A stretch of 63,725 bases of DNA, filler included, from Gemmatimonadota bacterium (GTDB taxonomy: Bacteria > 4572-55 > J002): assembly GCA_003697105.1 (NCBI GenBank). It is 3 parts of 3 records of this genome, joined end to end, with 100 filler letters (N's around TTAATTAATTAA, not from the genome) between each part and the next. Parts side by side here need not be neighbours in the genome. Positions count along the whole stretch, not along the records: positions 50,818 to 63,725 come from RFFQ01000054.1; 2 more parts are not named here. One strand, written 5' to 3'. The notes under the pieces are model-generated. The model saw only the letters and a list, made by a program, of their open reading frames with translations, was not told where the DNA came from and searched no databases. Below are positions 50,859-60,613 of the stretch, piece by piece. The position numbers were made by a program, and so were the translations under genes. How positions within the stretch are numbered: position 1 is the stretch's first letter; every line of letters begins with the position of its first letter.

Positions 50859-50915
50859 TAAACTTTATCAAAAATTTAAATTGGCACTAAGTCTCAACTT
50901 TATTCAGGAAGCATC

Positions 50916-51107
50916 ATGAATCTAAAAGTGATTAAATTATATGAGCAGTACATTCGTAATGCACAAGGTGAAATTGAATTTGTGGTTTTGCCCTATTCTA
51001 TTTATTTGCAACTAGTAGATCAAATTGAAAATAAACAAGTTAGTAATGAAGCCCCATCGCCAGCATTCACCCTAGATGATGCACTAAAATATACCGATGA
51101 TAAGTAG
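50916..51107 (+). CDS. Small AT-rich hypothetical protein, antitoxin-like by resemblance
   Basis: 63 aa; QYIRNAQGEIEFVVLPYSIYLQL pattern; AGGA RBS. Confidence 0.6.
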   Translation: MNLKVIKLYEQYIRNAQGEIEFVVLPYSIYLQLVDQIENKQVSNEAPSPAFTLDDALKYTDDK

Positions 51108-51108
51108 C

Positions 51109-51244
51109 ACTCATGAACCTCCCCAACTCATCAAACTCACAAACTCCCCAACTCCCCAACTCATCAAACTCATCAAACTCCCCAACTCCCCAACTCCCAA
51201 ACTCGCAAACTCCCAAACTCCCGAACTCCCAAACTCATCAAACT
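51109..51244. repeat. Tandem array of 8-9 bp AACTC-core units (AACTCCCC/AACTCCCA/AACTCATCA), inverted relative to 50818-50858
   Basis: Read directly; roughly 15 degenerate units. Confidence 0.9.
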
Positions 51245-51258
51245 AAGGATCATGTCTA

Positions 51259-52452
51259 ATGGGTAAACATCCGGTATTAAAACGCATAAAAAAACACGAG
51301 GAAACACTGATTAGTATTCGGCGTCATTTACACCGGCATCCAGAACTCTCCAATCAGGAGGAGAACACGGCGGCGTATGTGGCGGAGATGCTCCATAATC
51401 TTGATCTAAAGGTACAGACTCATATTTCGCCCGGTCATGGCGTTACCGGTTTATTGGATGTTGGGGCAAAACGGACTGTGGCGATCCGCTCGGATATGGA
51501 TGCCCTGCCCATCTTGGAAGCGCGAGAATCTTCGTACCGTTCCCAAAATGAAGGCGTGATGCACGCTTGTGGGCATGATTGTCACATGACGATTGCGTTG
51601 GGAGCGGCACTTGTCTTTACCGAGATGCGGGATCAATTGGCGGCGAACATCAAATTTATATTCCAACCAGCGGAAGAATTACCACCGGGTGGGGCACGCT
51701 TCATGATTGAGGAAGGGGTACTTCAAAATCCACCGGTGGAGGCGGTGTTTGGCTATCACATGGACCCCTTTATTCCCGTGGGTCAAATTGGCATTAAAGA
51801 TGGTGCTTTAATGGCGAACGCCGATTATTTTTACATTACCATTTACGCCGAGGGGGGGCATGCCGCCTACCCGCATCGAGGGCAGGATGGTGTCCTCATC
51901 GGGAGTATGGTAGTGCAAGCTTTACAAAATATCACCAGCCGGGAGATTGAAGCGACCCGTCCGGCAGTAGTCAGCATTGGCGAATTTAAAGCCGGAGATG
52001 CGCCCAATGTACTGGCACATAAAGTTGAAATGAGCGGCACGGCACGTTCATTTGATGATGAAGTTCGGGTACAAATTCCACAACGTATTGATAATATTCT
52101 CAAACACTTAACCAGTATGATGGGTGCTAGTTACGAATTTCAATATCATGAAGGATACCCGGCAGTGGACTTGAACCCCCAAATCAATCAATATGTTCGG
52201 TCTGCGGTTCGAGATGTGCTGGGTGAAGACGCTTTGCTAGAGTTGACTGTGCCCAAAATGGGAGGCGAAGATTTAGGCTATTTCTTGCGGGAAGTCCCGG
52301 GTACTATGCTTCGAGTGGGGGTTTATAATCCTGACAAGGATTGCATCTACCCTTTGCACCATCCCCGCTTTGATGTAGATGAAAATTCACTGCTATACGG
52401 TACAGCAACCCTGATTCAGAGCATCCTGAATTACGTCCATGACCGAAGGTAA
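51259..52452 (+). CDS. M20D family amidohydrolase
   Basis: RRHLHRHPELS, RSDMDALP, MHACGHD, FQPAEE, GEDL, HHPRF. Confidence 0.95.
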   Translation: MGKHPVLKRIKKHEETLISIRRHLHRHPELSNQEENTAAYVAEMLHNLDLKVQTHISPGHGVTGLLDVGAKRTVAIRSDMDALPILEARESSYRSQNEGVMHACGHDCHMTIALGAALVFTEMRDQLAANIKFIFQPAEELPPGGARFMIEEGVLQNPPVEAVFGYHMDPFIPVGQIGIKDGALMANADYFYITIYAEGGHAAYPHRGQDGVLIGSMVVQALQNITSREIEATRPAVVSIGEFKAGDAPNVLAHKVEMSGTARSFDDEVRVQIPQRIDNILKHLTSMMGASYEFQYHEGYPAVDLNPQINQYVRSAVRDVLGEDALLELTVPKMGGEDLGYFLREVPGTMLRVGVYNPDKDCIYPLHHPRFDVDENSLLYGTATLIQSILNYVHDRR

Positions 52453-52459
52453 CGACCTC

Positions 52460-53155
52460 ATGAAACAGACACTCGCTATCGAATATATCTTAGTGGGAAG
52501 CATCTTAACTTTAGCGATTTTATCGGTAGGTGCCATTGGCATTCATCTAGCAACGCAAGGGTGGGGGGAATTCAAAGCCTACTTACCCCTGTTTATCGCC
52601 CCCTTTTTGGGCTGGTGGACAAACTGGATCGCCCTGCGGATGCTGTTCCGTCCTTACGAACCCCCGGCATTGAAAGGGTTAAGCCAATTTCAAGGGGTGA
52701 TACCGCGACGCCGCGAACAGATCGCCAATAAAGTAGGCGCCATGATCGAGCGAAAATTGCTCACCCACGATGACTTGCAACATGTAGTGAAAGAGATGGA
52801 CCTTGACGGGGCGGTGCGTTCCGCCGTCAATACTATCATCGACCGGGAATTGAGCAATACAGTTATTCCCTCCGGTATTTTGAGGAGCGGCATCTTGCGT
52901 TCTATGAAAGAAGCAATTATCAAAAAAATTCTGGATAATATGGAACATGTACATGAGGAAACGATCCCAGAACTGTTGGCAAAAATCGATATTCACCAGA
53001 TGGTGACCGAACGGCTGAACAGTTTCACCAATGAAGAGTTGGAATCAACGGTGCTCAGTGTGGCAGAACGGGAACTTAAACATTTGGTGTTGCTCGGTGG
53101 TGGGATCGGCTTAGTGATCGGGCTGATTCAAACAGCACTCAACTTGTGGCTTTAA
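52460..53155 (+). CDS. DUF445 family membrane protein
   Basis: GWWTNWIALRMLFRP, QGVIPRRR, EL..L..LGG.IG..IG. Confidence 0.88.
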   Translation: MKQTLAIEYILVGSILTLAILSVGAIGIHLATQGWGEFKAYLPLFIAPFLGWWTNWIALRMLFRPYEPPALKGLSQFQGVIPRRREQIANKVGAMIERKLLTHDDLQHVVKEMDLDGAVRSAVNTIIDRELSNTVIPSGILRSGILRSMKEAIIKKILDNMEHVHEETIPELLAKIDIHQMVTERLNSFTNEELESTVLSVAERELKHLVLLGGGIGLVIGLIQTALNLWL

Positions 53156-53172
53156 TCAGGGGAGAAAGAGAG

Positions 53173-53856
53173 ATGGCAACCGCCCAAATTTTAGTAGTTG
53201 ACGATGAAGATAGCATCCTGCGCTTGATGACCTTTTTGCTGAAATCTGCCGGATATAATGTAAGCACTGCCAAAAATGGGGAAACGGCATTGGAAAAGAT
53301 AAAATCCAATGCCTATGAATTAATTGTGTTAGATTATATGATGCCGCGTATCGACGGCTATCACATCTTGAAAATTGTCAAAAATCAGTATCCCCAAACC
53401 GGGGTGATCATCGTCACCGGTAAAGGGGATGAAAATGTTGCCGTGGATTTGATGAAAGCCGGTGCCGACGATTACGTCACCAAACCGTTTGAAGGTCCCA
53501 AGCTGGTCGAGACCGTTAAGCGGGTTTTAGAAATACGTAAAAAACGGATTAACCAAGCAAGTAAAGTTCAAAAAACAAAAGAATTGGCTTTTGTTGGTAG
53601 TATTGCGACCGGTGTGAATGAGGACGTGACCTATCAAGGTGTACATTATCACATTCAAACGGAAGATATGGGCAAAGAGGCGTGTATTATTCGATCTACG
53701 GTTTTCGCCAAAGGTATCATCGTTGCCAAGCGCGAAGTGGACTATAGGAAGGTCGCCCAACAAGAAAACCTCCGTGAGATCGTGACCGTTCTCGTGCGGA
53801 GGCTTCATAAATATATGCGGGAAAGTCTATTAAATGGTCAATTTAAACTTGATTAA
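53173..53856 (+). CDS. Response regulator receiver with an uncharacterised C-terminal domain
   Basis: VVDDE, LDYMMP, VTG, KPF; C-terminal YHIQTED domain. Confidence 0.88.
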   Translation: MATAQILVVDDEDSILRLMTFLLKSAGYNVSTAKNGETALEKIKSNAYELIVLDYMMPRIDGYHILKIVKNQYPQTGVIIVTGKGDENVAVDLMKAGADDYVTKPFEGPKLVETVKRVLEIRKKRINQASKVQKTKELAFVGSIATGVNEDVTYQGVHYHIQTEDMGKEACIIRSTVFAKGIIVAKREVDYRKVAQQENLREIVTVLVRRLHKYMRESLLNGQFKLD

Positions 53857-56501
53857 ATGTTAAACTCCTCCATATTATCCGCTTTATCGGTAATAAAGTC
53901 CGATCCTTCTTTATCGATGATCCCTTTGTAAAGTTCGCGCGATTTAAATATTTTCACCAATTCTCCATCCATTCGTCCACCACCCACTTCTTCCTCTTCC
54001 AGTATCCGAAATGCCTTTTCAATGGGCATCCCCGGCTTATAGACCCGTTTAGAAGTCAGTGCATCAAAAATATCAGCAACCATCATAATTCGGCATTGGG
54101 GATTGAGCTTTTCTGCCGTCCACCCGCGGGGATAGCCCGTTCCATTGAGTGCCTCGTGGTGTGCGCCGGCAATGTAAGGCACATCTTTCATGTGTTTCGG
54201 GAATGGAATCGCGTCCAAGATGCGGATGGAATGAACCACGTGGCTTTTCATTAAGCGCCGTTCTTCGTCGGTTAAGCTACCTCGCCGGATCGAGAGGTTT
54301 TTCACTTCGATGTCTGTCAAGAATGGCAAGTGATTACCTTCCGTATCTTCATACGTTTTTGCCGCAATCTCTTTCAGTTTCTCAATTTTTTCATCGGACA
54401 TATAGCCCCACACCCCGGGCACATTACAATCAAATACATATTGAAGATTGTCCCGAAGCTCTTTGACTTGCGCTTCGTATTGGGCGTGTAGTTTCTCTTT
54501 TTCGGCGTCATCATCGGTTTGAGCCAGTTGCTTCCACAGATTGGCTTCATAATACTTTTCGACATATTGGAAACGGCTCTTGATAGCATCCAGTTGCTCA
54601 TCCAGCAATTTATTGGCTTTACCCATAATGTACTCCGGCACGCTAACCTTACCGATGTCGTGCAGATAGGCGGCAACGGACAGTTCTTCCAGTTCCTGTG
54701 CGGTGAATGAAATCTCCGCGTAGGGTCCTTCATCCACCTGATTGATAGCATGGGCAATCGCCATCGTGTAGTCATGAACCCGTTGAGAGTGTCCAGACGT
54801 ACTTTTATCGCGGGCATCGATCAAGTAGGCGGAAAAATGCACAATGGAGTTCAACATCGCTTTTAATTCTTGTAGCAGATCGGCATTCTGGATCGCCACA
54901 GCCGCTTGCGAAGCTAATGATGTGGCGATACTCCGACTATCTTCATCAAAGCCAATGGTGTTCCCTTTTCCGTCAGAAGCATTCATCAATTGCAGAACAC
55001 CCATTACGCCTTCGCGGTCCACCATCGGTAAGGCAAGCATAGAGGTGGTTTTGTAGCCGGTATTCTGGTCAAGTTGGGTATTGAATTGGTAGGGGGAATC
55101 TGCTGGAAGATGATATACATCCGCCAGGTTTAGTGTTTCTCCGGTGGTTGCCACATAGCCAGCTATCGTCTTTTCATCCAGGGGGATAATTTGTTCTTCA
55201 AAGGCTTCACCACGGACTAAGAGCTGTGGATTTTGCGATAACCGGAAGTGTAACCCATCCTCTCGCACAATAAAGAGGTTGGCAGCTTCCGCTTTGGTCA
55301 ATGCCCGGGCTTCTTCCAGAATCCGGTCGAGAAGCACATCCAAATCATGCTCCCGCGAAAGCGCAATTCCCACCTGATTCAGCCGTTCCAACGAGGTAAT
55401 CAACTCTTCCAATTCATCGGTCATGTGGTTGAAGGCGGATCCCAACACTCCGATTTCATCTTCGCTTTCAACAGCGACCCGCTGGCTAAAATCACCTTTA
55501 CTGACGGCGTTCGCCATATCGACCAATTTGAGAACCGGCGTCGTGATCGCATTTGAGAGGATGTATCCGAAAATCACCGCTAGAATCAGTGCCACAAGTG
55601 CAGATTGGGTCACCGAAACCGTGGATTGGCGCTTTAGTTTAACCACTTGGCTGTATGGGATAGAGATCGAAATGAGCCCCGGGGTACTTTCCGTTTCGCC
55701 CGTATAGGTTTTAAATTTGAAATACCCAAATTTGTATGGCTCTTCTCCAATCTCTTCGACACGGCTCGTCAGCTTATCTAAAAACGGTAGAAGGGCACGG
55801 TGGACGTTCAGCCACTCTTGCCGGGATTCTTCCGGAAAGGTCGATCCGACCAATTGGTCTCCGAGATAAATATTGACATTATTCCCCGTGATGCGGGCAA
55901 TTTTCTGCGCTAACCCATCATCGATCCGAAATCCGACAATCACTACCCCAAACGGATCGGCATGAGTGCGTACCGGAGCAAACCCTTTAACAATAATGCC
56001 ATGTTTGGTGGAACGAACGGATGAGGTCTCGGCAAATCGCAAGGCTTCCATAATTTTCGGGTCTTGGGGTTTGGTGAGAAATTGCCGGTGATCCGGAATA
56101 GCTTGGTAACTCTTAGCGACAATATTTCCATGAATATCAGCAACTTCAAAGGTTACAGCGGTGATAAAATCCAACCGGCTCTGCTCGCGGCGAATATTCA
56201 CAAACTGGAGGAGTTCATATTGTTTGATGGGGTTTTCATCCATTTCCAGCAGAGCATTTTGCAAGGAGGGTAATTGGGAGACCCGGATAGCCAAATCCCG
56301 TGCTTGATTGGCAAAATCATTGTGAATCTCTTCGGCAACGGCGAGGGATTCTTGCAATCGATTTTCTAGACTTTCTTCAATTTCCCCCGTTACACTGGTC
56401 ATGGCGCGGTAGGTTAGAATGGCAACCGGTAAAGTCACGATCAGTGTAAATGCCAACACTAATTTGGTACGGAGCTTTAAATTTTTAAAGAACTGAAACA
56501 T
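53853..56501 (-). CDS. Membrane HAMP-GAF-HD-GYP cyclic dinucleotide phosphodiesterase
   Basis: Two TM helices with Cache-like region, HAMP (DEIGVL), GAF, GHSQRV, LHDIGK, HHEALNGTGYP, ADIFDALT..R.YK. Confidence 0.92.
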   Translation of the reverse strand: MFQFFKNLKLRTKLVLAFTLIVTLPVAILTYRAMTSVTGEIEESLENRLQESLAVAEEIHNDFANQARDLAIRVSQLPSLQNALLEMDENPIKQYELLQFVNIRREQSRLDFITAVTFEVADIHGNIVAKSYQAIPDHRQFLTKPQDPKIMEALRFAETSSVRSTKHGIIVKGFAPVRTHADPFGVVIVGFRIDDGLAQKIARITGNNVNIYLGDQLVGSTFPEESRQEWLNVHRALLPFLDKLTSRVEEIGEEPYKFGYFKFKTYTGETESTPGLISISIPYSQVVKLKRQSTVSVTQSALVALILAVIFGYILSNAITTPVLKLVDMANAVSKGDFSQRVAVESEDEIGVLGSAFNHMTDELEELITSLERLNQVGIALSREHDLDVLLDRILEEARALTKAEAANLFIVREDGLHFRLSQNPQLLVRGEAFEEQIIPLDEKTIAGYVATTGETLNLADVYHLPADSPYQFNTQLDQNTGYKTTSMLALPMVDREGVMGVLQLMNASDGKGNTIGFDEDSRSIATSLASQAAVAIQNADLLQELKAMLNSIVHFSAYLIDARDKSTSGHSQRVHDYTMAIAHAINQVDEGPYAEISFTAQELEELSVAAYLHDIGKVSVPEYIMGKANKLLDEQLDAIKSRFQYVEKYYEANLWKQLAQTDDDAEKEKLHAQYEAQVKELRDNLQYVFDCNVPGVWGYMSDEKIEKLKEIAAKTYEDTEGNHLPFLTDIEVKNLSIRRGSLTDEERRLMKSHVVHSIRILDAIPFPKHMKDVPYIAGAHHEALNGTGYPRGWTAEKLNPQCRIMMVADIFDALTSKRVYKPGMPIEKAFRILEEEEVGGGRMDGELVKIFKSRELYKGIIDKEGSDFITDKADNMEEFNI

Positions 56502-56516
56502 CAGTAGTGCCTCAAT

Positions 56517-59243
56517 CTATTTTTTAGGTTTAGAGTGAGTCAACTCAGAGTCCGGGATGCCCAAATCCAAGAGATAGTTTTGATCGACTAACACATCACG
56601 ACTCCGGCTGCCATTGTTGGGTCCAACAATACCGTCTGCTTCCAGAAAATCGAGTAAACGCCCAGCACGGGCATAGCCGATACCTAATTTTCGTTGTAAA
56701 TAGGAGACCGACGCTTGTTGTTCCCGGATGACCAGTTGCAGGGCTTCGGCGTATTTTTCATCTTTGTCCATCCACGTATGTTGGATAGAAGAGGATTCCA
56801 CAATTTCTTGGAATGAGATTTTCTCCTCGATGTGCCAATTGCTATTTTTCTTTTTGATCCATTCGACAATCCGGTTGACTTCTGACGTGGAGACATACGA
56901 TCCGTGCAGGCGAAAAGGTTTACCTCGCCATGCTGGTAGAAAGAGCATATCCCCCCGTCCGAGCAATTGTTCCGCCCCATTCATATCTAAAATAGTGCGG
57001 CTATCAATCTTAGACGCTACCTGAAAGGCAATCCGGCTAGGGAAATTGGCTTTGATGGTACCCGTAATCACATCAACAGAGGGTCGTTGAGTGGCAATAA
57101 CGAGATGGATCCCTACCGCCCGCGCCATCTGCGCCAGCCGTGCCAGATAGGTTTCGATTTCGCGGGCACTGGTCATCATCAAATCTGCCAGCTCATCCAC
57201 AATCACCAACAAATAGGGCAACGGTTTCGGGTGTTCAGTCGTCTCTCCAAACCGGAGTCGGTATTGGGTGGATGTTTTGGAGCGTACAATACGATTATAA
57301 CTATCAATATCGCGCACGCCTGCCGCGGCTAACAACTTGTATCGTTTTTCCATTTGTGCGACAGCCCATGAGAGGGCGGTAACGGCTTCTGTGGGTTGGG
57401 TCACAATCGGAGCGACCAAATGGGGTATGCCGTTGTAAACACTCAATTCCAACCGCTTTGGGTCAATCATTAAAAATTTCACATCATCGGGGGATGCCCG
57501 GAACAGAACGCTACAAATGATGGTGTTCAAACAGACACTTTTTCCGGAACCAGTTGCCCCGGCAATCAGCAGATGGGGCATATCGGTAATATCGGAAACA
57601 AACGGCAATCCCGCAACATCCATGCCCAGTGCGATGGTCAATTTACTATCAACGGTCGTGAATTCCCGCGAGCTAAGGATATCGCGTAAGTACACAATTT
57701 GTCCCTTTTCATTCGGAATTTCAATCCCAACGGCTTCTTTTCCCGGAATCGGGGCGATAATCCGCACCGGATGGGCTTTCATCCGCATCGCTAGATCATC
57801 TGCCAGATTCACAATTTTACTGATTTTTACACCGGGTTCAGGACAAAACTCGTATAGCGTGATCAACGGACCAGGGTTTACATCGCTGACTTCTCCCTCA
57901 ACGCCAAACTCGCGTAATTTATCCTCTAAAATGCGTCCTTTGCGCTCCATTTCGCTTTTTTGAGCCTTAAAATCGGTTTTACCGGCGCGCTTCAGGATGT
58001 CCAGCGTTGGATAGACATAATCTGGGGTATTTTCCGGTGTCGTGGCGGGTCTTTCGGTGGGGGTGCCGGGTTGGGAGGTCTGGGTCGCCGGTTTTGCTTT
58101 AGCGGCGGGCTTCGGTTTAGCGCGTTTTACCGGTTCTTTCTTTGGTTGTGGTAGCGGCTCTTCCGCCACGTTTTGCGGGTCTTCTTCGCCATCCAAACCA
58201 ACCTCCCACAGCGGTTGGGACACCGTTTGGTGGTAAGGAGGAGGTATATCTTCAATTTCGTATTCGGCTTCTTCCAATTCAAGATCATCAACGGGACGGC
58301 GCCCTGGCGAGTAGGGGAAATTTACCTCATCCAGCTCAGGCTCTTGGCGGCGGAAAGATGGAAAGCGAAATGATTTTATCCGGTGAAACGTCTCCCTAAA
58401 CTTAAACTCCGTCACCACAAATAGCAGGGTCAGCATCAGGCATGTGATAAAAACCACCAACGAACCGATTTTGCCCAGCACGGCTTGGGTACTCCATAGG
58501 ATCAAATAGCCCAGTTTTCCTCCGAGATGCGTCAGCGGGGGTATAATGGTTGCCAATAACAAATAACCTAGAAAAACACAGCAGATACCCACCCCGACAC
58601 GAAACGCTTTTTCCTCATACTCATTACGGAAATGCAGAATACCCAAGCAACCTACGTAGAGAGAGATCAGAAATGCCAGCAGCCCCAATAACCATACTAA
58701 CACCCGCCCCAGTTGGTAATCGAGACGGTAAAACGGTGGGCGTAATGTCCGAACAATATCATTCACGGCAACGCGAAGCGAATCCGCCTGTTCCACAATC
58801 TTTAGGGTCACCGGTGGAGTGACCGGTTTGGTGTGGGCACTATCCACTTGCACATTACCGATCCATTTTAGCTGAGTACCTTCCCGCCGGATAATCTCTA
58901 ACCGCTGTCCCGGTTCGAGCTTGGTGTTGAGGGTATCCAGTACGACCGCTTCGGAGCCATTGATGTGCGAGATCGTTCCGGCGATTTCCGGTGCGGGGTT
59001 GGTCAAAAATGTACCTAAACTGACCAAAATGAAGGTGGCAATTGCCAGCAGAATAACACCCCGAAATTGATCACGTTTGTCCGGGGGCAGTTGAACCCGC
59101 ATTTTGGCTGGAGCGCTAGGGGTATTCTCCCGCCGGGTTATTGCCTGTTCCGAGCGGGGGGTCGTCGCTGGATTTCCGGCACGAAACGCCTCCATTGCTT
59201 CCCGATAAAATTCTCGTACCTTATGTTTATCGTCATTCGCCAT
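56517..59243 (-). CDS. ftsK: DNA translocase FtsK
   Basis: PHLLIAGATGSGKS, IDPKRLEL, VDELADLM, ATQRPSVDVITG; gamma domain LQRKLGIGYARAGR; alternative start 59255. Confidence 0.97.
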   Translation of the reverse strand: MANDDKHKVREFYREAMEAFRAGNPATTPRSEQAITRRENTPSAPAKMRVQLPPDKRDQFRGVILLAIATFILVSLGTFLTNPAPEIAGTISHINGSEAVVLDTLNTKLEPGQRLEIIRREGTQLKWIGNVQVDSAHTKPVTPPVTLKIVEQADSLRVAVNDIVRTLRPPFYRLDYQLGRVLVWLLGLLAFLISLYVGCLGILHFRNEYEEKAFRVGVGICCVFLGYLLLATIIPPLTHLGGKLGYLILWSTQAVLGKIGSLVVFITCLMLTLLFVVTEFKFRETFHRIKSFRFPSFRRQEPELDEVNFPYSPGRRPVDDLELEEAEYEIEDIPPPYHQTVSQPLWEVGLDGEEDPQNVAEEPLPQPKKEPVKRAKPKPAAKAKPATQTSQPGTPTERPATTPENTPDYVYPTLDILKRAGKTDFKAQKSEMERKGRILEDKLREFGVEGEVSDVNPGPLITLYEFCPEPGVKISKIVNLADDLAMRMKAHPVRIIAPIPGKEAVGIEIPNEKGQIVYLRDILSSREFTTVDSKLTIALGMDVAGLPFVSDITDMPHLLIAGATGSGKSVCLNTIICSVLFRASPDDVKFLMIDPKRLELSVYNGIPHLVAPIVTQPTEAVTALSWAVAQMEKRYKLLAAAGVRDIDSYNRIVRSKTSTQYRLRFGETTEHPKPLPYLLVIVDELADLMMTSAREIETYLARLAQMARAVGIHLVIATQRPSVDVITGTIKANFPSRIAFQVASKIDSRTILDMNGAEQLLGRGDMLFLPAWRGKPFRLHGSYVSTSEVNRIVEWIKKKNSNWHIEEKISFQEIVESSSIQHTWMDKDEKYAEALQLVIREQQASVSYLQRKLGIGYARAGRLLDFLEADGIVGPNNGSRSRDVLVDQNYLLDLGIPDSELTHSKPKK

Positions 59244-59266
59244 GATGTTCTTCACCTACCCTGGGG

Positions 59267-60379
59267 CTAGAAATCCCGTTGGATCATATAATCTGCCCAC
59301 ATGGACAAAATGGCTTTGGGTTCCGAATCCGGTAAGGTCTGCAATCGATCCAGACCCTGCTTTACATACATCTGGGCACGTTGTTTCACGTATGCCAAAC
59401 TGCCGGTATCATGGAATATCTGTTTAACGGCTTCAATTTGGTCTGGTTTCGCCCCGGCATTCCCCAGGGTCTCCCGGAGCTGTTGCGCTTGCTTTTCAGA
59501 AGCCTGTTGTATCGCATGGTGTACAATCATCGTCAATTTGCCTTCCCGAATGTCCGAGCCAACCGGTTTACCCAGCTTTTGCTCATCTGCCACAATCCCC
59601 AACAGGTCATCTTGCAGTTGAAAACCGATGCCGCACAATTCCGCAAACTCCACAAGTGCCGGGATGTAAGGGTGTTCGGTCTGTTGTAAACCGATAGTTG
59701 CCCCAGCACGCGCCGCATAGCCATATAACACCGCGGTCTTTTGTCGCAACATATTGATGATGTCTTGTTCGGTGAGCTGTTGCACCCGTTGCCGGAGGGG
59801 CACATTGGTAAACTGCACGTCCAGCATTTGACCGGCAACCAGAGCAGTGGTGATGTTGCTCTCTAGCTCCTTGATTAAAAAAAGCGTAATCGCCGGGTCG
59901 ATCTGAGATTCATAATACACATCGCACAACAAGGAATTCACCCATCCTTGCAGAACATCTCCGGCTAAAATAGCAACGGAAACACCGTAATGGAGAGCCT
60001 CTTCCGGTGGTAAACCCCATGTTTGTAACGCTTGCCGCCGAAAATTTTCGTGGGCGGTCAATCCAGAACGGCGTGTTAAATCACGGTCAATAACATCATC
60101 GTGCATCAGGGTCCACGTATGGAAGATTTCAATAGCCGCCGCCGCCGGTAAGACCGCCGTTTCGTCGCCACCCACCGCACCGCAACAGAGCATCATCAGT
60201 GCCGGACGGAGTCCCTTACCGCCAATAGTAAGATAACTATCGACGGCATCAAAGATGTGCTGGGGACGAAAGCACTCCCGATCGCGGTGCTGGTAAATGT
60301 AATCATAAGTCCGGTCACGTCGTTTTTTAAGTTCTGCTAAAAAAGTTTCGTTGGTATTCACGGGTGATTCATTCCTCAA
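59267..60379 (-). CDS. Polyprenyl diphosphate synthase (short-chain, GGPP-synthase-like)
   Basis: GGKGLRP, FARM HDDVID, GQMLD, KT, SARM FQLQDDLL, GKPVGSDIREGK; start may be GTG 60361. Confidence 0.92.
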   Translation of the reverse strand: MRNESPVNTNETFLAELKKRRDRTYDYIYQHRDRECFRPQHIFDAVDSYLTIGGKGLRPALMMLCCGAVGGDETAVLPAAAAIEIFHTWTLMHDDVIDRDLTRRSGLTAHENFRRQALQTWGLPPEEALHYGVSVAILAGDVLQGWVNSLLCDVYYESQIDPAITLFLIKELESNITTALVAGQMLDVQFTNVPLRQRVQQLTEQDIINMLRQKTAVLYGYAARAGATIGLQQTEHPYIPALVEFAELCGIGFQLQDDLLGIVADEQKLGKPVGSDIREGKLTMIVHHAIQQASEKQAQQLRETLGNAGAKPDQIEAVKQIFHDTGSLAYVKQRAQMYVKQGLDRLQTLPDSEPKAILSMWADYMIQRDF

Positions 60380-60596
60380 AGGGGTCTAAGGAGGTTGTAC
60401 CATCGGGGTTGGGGGTAAGTTGCAACACCCGTTGTTCTGCGGCTTGTAATTGTTTACGGCATTCGGCGATCAGGTGGATGCCCCGTTCATATTGCTGAAG
60501 TAAGTCATCCAGAGGTGTATCACCCATCTCCAGACGTTCGACAATGGTTTCCAGTTCGGCAAATGCCGCTTCAAGTTTGATGTTTTCCGTGTTCAT
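60369..60596 (-). CDS. xseB: Exodeoxyribonuclease VII small subunit
   Basis: LEAAFAELETIVERLE.G..PLD.....YERG..L...C...L..AEQRV. Confidence 0.93.
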   Translation of the reverse strand: MNTENIKLEAAFAELETIVERLEMGDTPLDDLLQQYERGIHLIAECRKQLQAAEQRVLQLTPNPDGTTSLDPFEE

Positions 60597-60613
60597 TTTG
60601 GTTCGTTTTATCC

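Noticed and set aside
51109-51244. Repeat arrays (also 26443-26525) as CRISPR
   Set aside because: Units are 7-14 bp with no unique spacers, and there are no cas genes.
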